A stretch of 64,000 nucleotides of DNA, taken from assembly GCA_030141605.1 (NCBI GenBank), contig JAQGDQ010000002.1, forward strand, positions 2,108,001 to 2,172,000, read 5' to 3'. This document shows positions 52,801-64,000 of this stretch, piece after piece. A model generated the notes under the pieces. It searched no databases. It was not told where the DNA came from and worked only from the letters and a program-made list of their open reading frames with translations. The position numbers and the translations under genes are program-made. Position 1 is the stretch's first letter. The number at the start of each line of letters is the position of its first letter. Source of the stretch: Tubiluchus corallicola (lineage: Eukaryota; Animalia; Priapulida).

Positions 52801-55800
52801 ATGAGAAGAAAATAATAAAAGGAAGTGCATTAATGTAACAGTGCACGGCCTGATAACTTAAAGGACAAGAAAAAGAGTACATGAAGTAGGTTTCAGAAAA
52901 AATTCCCTAAAAAATTATATTACTTTATATCAATTTTATGCGTATTTTGTACTCGCGTTGAAAGGATTTTTTGTTTGTTTTCATTTTGAATCTCCTGCAA
53001 TACTGTTCCGACGGCGTCATTACATGACGACATATATGCACAACGTAAATCAGAAGAAGAAAAGGAAATATTAAACAATGACCAAAAAAACTTTCCACGC
53101 AAAGTTATATTACTTAGCATATCACGTTACCTGCTTGAAAGACTTATGTAACTAGAAAGGAAGGTTATTAATTATTTAAAACGTTTTCATCAACTGGTAA
53201 AATGTCGTTGATTCACCTCCAGGGTGCACCGCTCACTAACCAAAAAACGTATTTTTAATCTTATTGACAACAAACAGTAATTAAAAATTTTACCAAAGTA
53301 GTTAGTGACGTGTGTGCTACGAATGCTCTGATTATTTTTTCAAACTTTGCTCAGTGTTATCTAAACTTGTTTCAAATGACTTATCGTCAAAATGTCTGCG
53401 TATAACAGTCATCGCGGGGGTTTAAATTCACACGCTTTATACAGCGTTACTGCCGAAGCAAGCCTTTTATGCAAAAAAAAGCAGTATGTAAATCGTATAA
53501 AATTCAAGGCGAATATTTTTAAGCTTTACGTAAGTGAAGGGCTTTCTTGTGCTTTAAGTCAAGAAAAACACCTTGATAGTTTTCATGCATTGAAAAACCA
53601 GCTACACAATAAATGGGACAATTTGCCCAAAATGTTCTGGTGACACGCGAATTTTCTTATTATAAATACCAAGGAATACAGAAACTTTATCAGAGGTCGT
53701 TAGTCGCAATAATGCGCTATAAACAGTAGAAACACAGCAACCCAGATCTCTATCTATACGTTTCAACATTACAGGGTAATCCAAAAATTGCGCTAGTATT
53801 ACTTGTCAAGAATTGACACATCCCGCACAGTGGTGTTGCCTCATTAACAGCTTATATATAGATAATAGTTAGTGCTTCTGTTGACTTCCTTGGTAATTAG
53901 CTGTCAATAATAACGCCATGTACGAAACACTAGAAAAAAAACAAAGATCAAAACACGGGTGAAAGCAATTCTGACTTTAATACAACCACATGTTCGTCAC
54001 ACTTACCCAAAATATGCAAGCGATATGGTACTGTATTGCAATTATTATGGATCAGACTTCACAGCAATACATACATCCAATGAAGACTTGAGTACAAAGC
54101 AGAGCCTAAGGACACAATACGTCTCAAATTTAGCATGTTTTATCTGTTTCATCTGCATCAGTCACTTAAACCATTTGAATGAGTGTTTCTCTGTAGGATG
54201 ACCACTAATGATAATCCTTGTGAACGCACTCTCAAGCTAATACAGACCAGAAACAATTTATTAGCAAACAATTAAATTTGAGGTATTAAATTACATTCTT
54301 TAGTTTACAAAAAGCTGATCTCAAGCTAGAGTTTAAGCTCTAGTTGCTTACTACTTAAGATAAATAGGCTGTAAAGAGAACCAAATGCTCTGTCACTTAG
54401 TGCAGACTAACATCTTGCTGGATTTTTGAAATCCATCAATATTTAGAGCTCTACAATAGGTACATTCACTAATCACACGGTCACAAAAGCCCTGAAGTAA
54501 TAAATTACATCTGCGCAGGTGATCTACTGCACTTATGGTCACTATACTAGTCGAAGTGTAGCAACTTGGCAAGCTGCTGTTGCTGACCGATTATACCTAG
54601 TGTTACTGACCACCGGTCATTCACGTCAACGAAGTCTGTGCCTTTGCTCTTGAACAGTCGTCCCATTCGTAATCAGATTTTTGTAAGCAATAGCAGTTAA
54701 TTTTGCTGTTCAGCACGTAACTAATAGATTCTGAAAATTGTCCCTTCCAGTAATAGAACCAGCATCGTTACTAGGCAACTATGTAAATTTCCAAGCTTAA
54801 ACTTGAAATCGCGATTATAAATCTTTCGACCCAAAAATCGCCAAAATAAGAGAACTTCGATTATAGATATATATATATATATAGTCTATCTAATCTATGA
54901 TGCATATTGTACTCGAACAGCATTGCAACTGACGGTAAATTAAGACAATATTGTACTGAAAAAATAACCAAACCGCTAACCCAATTGCGAGCGCAATATT
55001 CTTCACCACTTCTTCAAAATTATAGGTTTGTGTCGTGTGGGCACTATTGCAGTGCACTGCGCATTGCTTAGTTGGTGGTCATTTGCGCTAAAACAAATAA
55101 ATTACGTTGTTGGCTTATAAATACACGTGAATAAATACCAGGACATGTAGGACTGGCGGTTATAAGGTCACGCAGTTCTTTATTTTGTATACGTGGCCAA
55201 ACTAAATGGACTTGAATGGGAAGTCGCGTACGCAGATAAAATATTTGAAAAAATCATTTTTTAACGAACGATAGTTTTCTGAACGCCCAGTTTATTTCAA
55301 AGTGCTTAACAGAATCATAGGACTGCAGTTTGCGCTAACTGAAGCCACGCGACCAGAGACCTGCACAACAGACTCAGGTTTCTGATTAATTAAATGATGT
55401 TTGAAATTGACAGGCCAGCAGCTAGGAACATGCAGTTGACTGTGACGAACATTGCAAAATGAGGGCTTGAAACTAAATTGACTACGGTGGTCGCCAAATG
55501 CTTAGACGCCAAATTAGGCAAATAAGAAAACTATATTTAAAAAAAATATTTAAACTAAAATATTAAATTTGATGATTTCAAATCAAGAACTGCAAGACCA
55601 CTTATGCAATATGATTGTAGCTATTCATTGCAGTTTTAGTGAAGATCAGAATTATTTTGAATAACGGGCTTATTTTTACTGCGCAGGCCTACTATGAAGT
55701 TTTAAAGTTTGCTTTTTGCACGACTTTCGTGATTATGACGACCGCTTTTGTCAGCCAAACTACATTAGAAGCGTTTTACTTGATTACGCTGCGCCAGGCC

Positions 55801-56821
55801 TCGTCCCAAATGAACGCCATAAATATGAGTGCATCGTAATAATTACATAACCGATCCATTAGCGAGAATGCTAGATAGTTTATCAACCAGGTTTAGGAGG
55901 AGAAAGAGTTAATCGCATAGGTGCAGACTGCACAGGTAACACCTTATATGACGAAGCAGGTGCAATAAACACTAATCAACTAATCAATACTAGGTAAGCG
56001 AAAGTCCAGAAAGCCAGAATATGTCTCTGATTATGGTACAGAATGGAAAAAGCTATCACATTGATACTGTAGATTGCACTCTTAGCTTGAAAGGTTTAGG
56101 AACAGATGCGAAATTTTAGACTTTAGAGCCAAAGGTCACTAGATCTAGGATTTCCGTCAAATAGACTTTCCCCACCTATCACGCATTTTGATATGCATAG
56201 CTTTTGTTGCTTCTGGAGCAACAAGAACAAAATGCGATATGTATTGATAGTGTTAGATCCCACTTCACAGGAAATTTGTCCAAACTGGAACAATAAAGAA
56301 AATTTGTGCAAACAAGTATAAAGCCTGTAAAACTATATACACATGTATATAGTTGGTGCTAGTGAGTTATCGTAACGACCATACACCATCCTGCAGTTTG
56401 GCTTCAACTGAAAAACAGCAACATTAATAAGAGATATACTCAACGAATCATTAACTTTATAGAAAAATAGTGATTCGTTAAACATTAAACAGATGTTAAG
56501 TTAATTAATTAGGAACTTGGTAATTTAATTAATTATATTGACTCGAAGTGTCAGTCCTGCTTAATTAGAACACTTTTCTAATCATCAGATGTTAATGAAC
56601 TCACGAGAACATAGGAGGCTGGATAGCTGGTGGTACCATTCCAATTCAGTTTTCAGATTTTAATCCATATAAGTGCCATCAAATTGTGAATACAAAGAAG
56701 CATGCGAATCAATTTTGAATCGAAGACACGAATTGTCTAGTAGAATGGACGTCCAGAGAGGAGCATGCATCTCCCGATTGCAGTAATGGAACCATACCGC
56801 AAATAATGAAGCACTTCGGCA

Positions 56822-56874
56822 CAAAACATGAGATTTAAAGATGAGTCAAAACATGAGATTTAAAGAAGAGTCAA
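56822..56874. repeat. 25-bp tandem duplication
   Basis: caaaacatgagatttaaaga.gagt x2. Confidence 0.9.
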
Positions 56875-59691
56875 GGTACATTCGTGCACACCACTACAGA
56901 CACATTGGGAGATACCATCTCTGTACGCAGCTCGAGAACAGTATATAATCTGTAGTCGTATAGAATTTATTGATCAGTACTTAATTTACATCAAAGAAAC
57001 GGAAAATAATGACAAAAAACCTGTCACTACATGTTAAGCCTAATAAAATCCTACAATTGGCATGAAAAGATATAAACCACTTGTTTAAAAAAACTATTAT
57101 CAATAAACAACTTGAAACCCACCAAAAATAGTTAACTAAATTTACCCAGGTCGCTAGAACAGCTGAACCAGAGCTTTTTATAAAATTAAATTACTACTGG
57201 TCTAAAGAATTTATAGAGGTGATTACTTGCAGAGCAAGTTAATGTAATTAGTAATATACTCCCGCATGGCCACATCTCATGTTTTTAGGTCTACGACTGG
57301 ATTCTGACGTGTACTGAAATAACGCCTATGTATACAATCCTAAGCTTTGCGCTTTGAACATAAATAGACACATATTAACAGCTCAAGGAAATAAGGTTTC
57401 TTTTCTATATATAATTAAATTTTTTAACATGTAACGTAAAATCGTTCTGAAATTCAGGCGAAAATCAAAAATGAGTTCTTTTCGTTAAGCAGAGTTCGGG
57501 GATTTCATTAGCAGATTTCATTTTTTTATTTAATGCGCGAATACATGTGCAGCAACAATGCAGAAAGCCTGAAAAGGTTTCTGATTCTGAGTGCATCGAA
57601 ACTTAACGATTGGCGCAAGCACGCACGCCGACGATCAAAGCAAGTTCAAGATAGACATTTTTCTTAACAACCCACCCACCAAAGACTAATACTATTACAA
57701 TAATAGGTTTACACAGGCGCGATTAAGCAAATGTAAGCATATTCATTAGGGTGCAGACCCCCTAGTTATCTGTTTGCAAATGGTTTTAACTACTTTAATG
57801 AGCACGAAATAGAAAAAGCCGGCCAAGTGAGTAACACATAAAACAATGACTGCTTTTAGTACCAAAACGTGATGAAAACAAAGGATCTTCCTTATCCAGT
57901 GTTGTTCTACCACGTGCTTGTTTTTAGCAGAGCTAGATAGATGCCACCAGGTACACACCTCTAGTCCCATTGATTCATATATAAAGCCGCTGTCTTGGCA
58001 CATGTCAAAAGATTTACACAAATAAATCCCAGTTGAAGCACACTTGTTAACTAATTAAATTAAATTAAGCCAGAGAACTCGAATTCCGTTGTAACCAACG
58101 AAGAAAGTTCCAGAACTTCCTCCTTCTTAAAACATCTTTACAAACAGAACGTTTTTTGCATACTTGCCACTAAATGGCCAATGAGCACTATAAGGTTCAG
58201 AAACGATCAACCTCTATGCTGGTTCAAAACAGGACGGTCATGTACTTTCAACAATTGCTAAACGGTCTTAACAAATCGCAGTTCCAATTTTTATAAAATT
58301 TCAATGGACTTTTAATAAGCCTATTGATGTGCTACTGAAAACTGATTACACTTCAAAGAATAATTTTTTTGTTCATAGCTTCTTTACATGTAATGAGTTT
58401 GTACACTGAATTGTTTTGATTCTCCATATTGTAAACACGACAATCGTGTCCTAAATCCGAAGAAAATAAACAAAGAACCAAAATACTTAACAGAACATAA
58501 CTGTATTAGGAAAACTATCGAGTACAGTTTTATATCGAGTATCCTTATCCTGAATAGGATATACGTGTATGTACTTAGATAAACAAGCTGCCTGCAGAAC
58601 AAAACTTGACATACTTCCCCAGCCTTGATATTTCCAATGAACAAGCAACTATTTTCAGTAGTACATATATGAATGCAATGAACAGAACGGCTTACAGAAT
58701 CCAAAGATATGATATTTTAAGTCTAGACATGCACATTTTGTTTGAGAAATCGTCAAATGACTATAACAAGTTAATCGTGATCAAGTATGACGATCTGGTC
58801 TATGTAAGATACCGCAATTCAGAATAGAATATGGCCCTGAAATGTCACGAATACGCTTTTTTCTAATAGACTAAGAGTGCTTCTAATGAGTACATCGTAG
58901 CTCTTTTAAAAAGTATCTAAGCATGGTGCTATGAGTTCTGATGAAGCAAGTGTATAAGCACAACCTTGAATAAAACTAGTCTAGCCACCGCAGCAAACAA
59001 TAAATACTGAACTATAGGCAGAAGTAACGCTTTTAAAAATAACAACAGCCCTTGAGTCAACAAGAAACCAAATTTTAACATCTTCATTACATTAATTATC
59101 ATGAACTACATGCCTATAAAGAAGAAAACTTTAAACTTGAATGACAATGCATTTAAAATAGCTACCAAAAGTTTAAAGTTGAACATAGCAATTTCATTGA
59201 AATGGAGCTACAGTGTAGTTAAGTCAGTAAAGACTAAGAAAACTAAACGTGTAAACTTGCTAAGTAAGCAACAAAAGTTTGTTCAATTTCAAGCAAATGT
59301 CGACAAACAGTAACAGAGAGCAAAACGTATTTCACTTTGTATGCAAGCTAATTTTAGTGCAAACTTGGAAAGGTACAATGCTTCGAAAAGATGACATTGA
59401 TTCGTCTTTTTGGCAACCTGACAGTTGCCACAATGACTTAGAGTAGAGTTGCAAGCATTAAACAAAGCAGTTCTGAATTCGCAGCACAAGGAATTTGCAA
59501 AAATAACATGCTACTTTAAACTCGCTAGTTTCAGTTCTTAGCCGGAGACCTTCAAAAAAACGTGAAATGTTTCATGTGAATTTTTATAGCTGGTATGTTT
59601 TGGAGATGGCAACTTATTTATAAATACAGTAACTTGCTTAATCAACAAATGCTTCGAGTAGTTTAAACACGTACAGGATGGATGCTTATAC

Positions 59692-59694
<3 letters not shown>

Positions 59695-59747
<53 letters not shown>
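59695..59747. repeat. (TA)n microsatellite
   Basis: Direct reading. Confidence 0.95.
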
Positions 59748-59750
<3 letters not shown>

Positions 59751-62255
59751 TTATATATGTATGTATTTTCATACATATATAAATCATAAATTTTGTAGAA
59801 TATATTCTACAAAAATTATTATTTGCTCTAGCACGCTATTTATAACATTTTAAAGCTATAGCTGTACTTGATCTTCTTACATGTTGGTATATATGAAAAA
59901 AGTCTTACATGTACTGACTTAAGCTGAAAACTTCGAAATTTCTCTGACGGTCAAAGCTTATTTATAACCTTGACCGCTGTCCGATATGACCTACATGCGC
60001 TAAGCACTCCACCTACATAATAGCACATCAAGTAATTCAGTCCATTCGCATTTTGTATCCTCTTGTGTTTACATTCATGAATATAGAAAAACGCCAATTA
60101 GTGTGAGGAACCAGTTTTCCGCTTTTCAATAAAAATTTTTAAATAAGAGACACTGCGAACTTCAAAGAATTCATGAGCAACACCTCTGCATAATGAGAGT
60201 GAAGATTTAGGTGTGCTACGGTGCATACCCGTTTTTAGACTAAGGCGGCTACTTTTTTAAACCAGCGAGATAGCCTCGTGAAACTAGCGTAACTGAATCA
60301 GATGTAATGAGCGCTTGTTTAAATGCGCAGGCCTAATCTGATGCGGGGGGGGGGGCGATATAAAACTCAGCTAAGCGAACCGTCGAACTTGACGAGAAAA
60401 GACAAAGTTACTACTACTAAGAAAACTCATAGTCTAGTAGGCATACTCAACTTGCAAAACCGTAATACGCGCTTAGCACCCTTGATCAAGTGCTAATATC
60501 CTGAGAAATTTCTCACGTTTTAAAATGTGAAAGTCAACAAGGATATAACTAAAAGTTAAAGTCGACAGCATGTCGACATGCTCCAGTTAGGTTTATCTTA
60601 ATTAAAAAAAGACCGTGAAAAGGGTTGTTAAAAACCGCTTCCAGTACTGCTAAATCGACGTGAAGAGACTTTTAAGCTACCTAATCCGCAGCTTTCTACA
60701 TTTTGGCAAAGTAATCAAACCAACTACTGAACATTCGTTTAATGTTTAACTGCAGTAAACGTTTTTTGCAAGTGTGCTTTCTAATAATCTACCACACACC
60801 CGCTAGCTCCATGGGCGAACTGATCAAGTAAAAATTATCACGTCAGAAATTAAATTACAGCACTAAGGAAATCATTCTGATTATTACTCTGAAAGTCGAT
60901 CAATTAGTTTATTTTTATCATTTCGATCTTTTTTTAAAGAATTTTACCCAACTTAGCAAAACCCTCAAAACTGATTACTTGTGGCTGGAAAAGTACTTTC
61001 AACTCTGTTACTCATTAATTAGGTGAGGCAATTAATCAAATTATTAGTTTTTTTAATTACTATAACAAGACATTTAAGATATTTATGACTCCAGAAGTAC
61101 AGTAGGAACAGATATGGAAACAACATTGAATTAGATTCGGAAGCGTTCTGCTTTTCATTAACAATCTTTGCCGCCGGTAAAAAAATAGCTCGCTGAATAA
61201 ATATATTTTATTTCTAAAGCTTATTTCAAGCAAATACTTCCAGTGAAAACAAAGCCATGCTTTCATGACGCCAGCATTATAATTAGAAGCAAATTGGATA
61301 CGCGTTTAAGCGCCGAATTTAATCTAAACACTCCACGGAAAGCAGATTATTGGACTTTCTCTGTCATTTATAATTCTACAGTAGCTGCAGTAGCTATGGG
61401 TGAAGCTGGCTTCCACTAGGTTTGCTAAATGAATCATCACTCCTATCACTGACCTTGCAACCCTCTGTCATGTGACCCCAATCAATCAGCATCGGTAGTT
61501 TTGCTGCTGTACGTTCTCCCCGCTGTTTCGCCCTCTTTTAATATCAGCACAAATGATAATACACCTCCTCCATGTGGTGGCTATAAATAGTTTACGGGCG
61601 GCTGTCTGTTAGGACGGCGGTACAGTCTCTCTGATGCAGTAGTAGTATACAGTGATTAGTTTGTAAAATAATCGATCCCTGTTGTGTGATTTTAAAAGTG
61701 GCAGTGGTGCCAACAAACAACTAAACTACATAAATTTAAAGAAAATTTGCAGTGCTTGTACTATCCAACGCCACAGTGCTGCAACTGTGTTGTATTTTTT
61801 ATGATAACATGGAAATACCGTAACAAACTTACTGTGTTAAGTTTTCAAAAAAAAACTGATGTAATTCAGAAAACAGCTCAAATTGCATTACCATTAACTG
61901 TTGTTAAATTACTGGGCAATACTGAAAAATGTGTACTTGTAACTTTTAGTAGTCTGTGGAAATGCATAACTAAACTTGTGCAAATTGTGTTAGGCATGTA
62001 CAGTGTCCCACGTTACCTAAATGTTATATGATTCACACAAAACTTTTTGTAAAAATTCATAAATTTAAACTATTATAGTAACAGTACCTAAAATACACTA
62101 AAATGCACTGAAATAAATGATACATAGCCGTTCAAAGCCGCTTTTAATTTTAGTTGTTCAAACAAGACAAATATAAAATGCATATTATTGCCTCCTTGAC
62201 AAAGTACAACGAATTGTAACCATAGTTCTCAGGCACTGAAAAATACAGCTGAGTT

Positions 62256-62259
<4 letters not shown>

Positions 62260-62287
<28 letters not shown>
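62260..62287. repeat. (TA)n microsatellite
   Basis: Direct reading. Confidence 0.95.
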
Positions 62288-62290
<3 letters not shown>

Positions 62291-64000
62291 ATAGACCTAT
62301 GGGTATATTATACCTATAGACCTTGGCAACAGCTGCTGCAATGTTCTCGTATGTTAAAATAAAACGGCGAGAAAAACTTACATGCGAAAACAAAGTCTCA
62401 ATGGGTACAATGACTCACTGAGTGAGCTGAGTAATCCCTTATTACCAGTTCTTCCAACTCGTTTAAAGATTAAGATGAAGTTCATTAGAACTAATAAAAG
62501 CTGTGTTATTGGTTACTAAATTACCAGTTAGAATTTAATCAAAATATTTTTGCAGCGTATGCCTAGGCTAATTAATGAATTACTATGAACATAATTTTTG
62601 TATGACTGCTCATCTCGAAATTATGGCAAAATGTGACAATCACACAGATTGCCTAAAGTTGCAATACATAATTAATACCGTCAAAAGCTATAAAAGCAAA
62701 ATTATTTGTAGAAGTTATGTTAATGTGTAAATATTATGAAGTTCAAAATTCAAGCAACAGAATTCTTCTGTACTTTTCATTTAATACATCTTATGGCAAA
62801 TAATATTAGCGTATATGTGTATTAACCAAACTGTTTCAATAACAGCAAATTTGACCACCATCTTAGCAAACCAGCCTCACTTTTGGTAGTACAGTGTATT
62901 ATGATTTTCAACAGAGAAGTGAAAAACACACGTATTGGAAATTTTTGACTCATAATAACTACATAAACAAAACTTAATAATTCAATCGAGCACTTACAAA
63001 TCCCAACGTAGCTTTCTTAAAATTAAATAACGTGAAGACTTATACCGCCTTGAACAAATAAACTAATTAAATAAAAGCAACGCTTACCCGAACCAAGACG
63101 CGAAGCCCCACGGTCAGGAGAACTGACAAAATTAATAGGCATGGAACAAAAGCTATGATCAACTTATGAGATACCGTTGTTCAGCCTGATCGAGCTATTG
63201 TAACTTGATTCTCCCTATCGAAACTAGACACGTCGATGTATTGAAACTCCAAAAAATCCAAATTACGAACTATCAAGTTGATAACAGATATTTTTACGCC
63301 CTGCCTTACAGCGTGCCTTAAACACTAAACATCTTTACAGACATCATGCCATAATACAAACCGTTTACGAGATACAGCATTTCAAATCGAGCACGCGAAA
63401 TGTATTTACACATCCTGAGAGCTGACAGGGATGTCGGAACTTAGTGTAGTGTGAACTCGGTCTGTCGCACAAGTAACTTTCCGCCATTCAATAAAACTTT
63501 CATTGTACTAAACTACTTAAATGTAGTAAATTAAAAGCAACGTGAAAGTGTGTTAAATTTTTTAACTTTACCCAAATTGATACAAAGGAGACAAAGTTAA
63601 AATATGCTGTTGCATTAATTTTTAAGCTTTTGTTCCAATTTTGTTATTTGGATTAATTCGTACGACAAATAAAATTTAATGGGAAAAAACAATAATCGAA
63701 CAACTTTCATTGCAGATTTTTGTTGACTTGCAGAAAGGATGCAGTTCTGCGAGCATATATTAGACGTCGGACGGACTACTTAGTTTATAATAGTTCAGTT
63801 TTAGGTGTTAAAACTATTATTTTATTATTTTGTCAGGGTTAATTTCAGGTTATTATGCTACGATTAGCAACTGTTTTTGATCATGACAACGAGATTCATC
63901 CAGAAAGCATTAATAATACCTAGTTTAATGTTTTGAATTGTTATAGTTGATATAATTGTAACTGCACCTGCAAAAAATATGCTCAAGCGGGCGCGTCCGA

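Overview
AT-rich eukaryotic (invertebrate-like metazoan) genomic DNA, not prokaryotic; almost all ORFs in the supplied track are noise or exon read-throughs. Manual splice mapping gives two multi-exon genes on the minus strand. (1) A complete Klarsicht-like (AKAP6/nesprin-related) spectrin-repeat protein with a C-terminal KASH domain: 17 coding exons, ATG 49857 to TGA 13430, 4467 nt or about 1488 aa, with every intron GT-AG and phase-compatible. (2) The 5' part of an extended-synaptotagmin/tricalbin-like membrane-hairpin + SMP-domain gene: ATG 2911, 5 coding exons, running off the left edge. Introns and intergenic DNA carry Tigger/pogo-like (TA TSD) and hAT-like (8-bp TSD) MITEs, a tRNA-derived SINE-like head, a near-perfect 1.2-kb tandem duplication and short repeats. 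The most interesting unannotated signals are a 9-nt frame-preserving microexon with neural (eMIC/SRRM4-type) upstream architecture in the 14-kb klar intron, two adjacent candidate alternative first coding exons that would give N-truncated KASH isoforms, an AKAP-helix-like 8-aa triple repeat, and short uORFs in front of both genes. I see no evidence for a wholly new system beyond this isoform-generating architecture. Family assignments rest on recalled motifs, not database searches.
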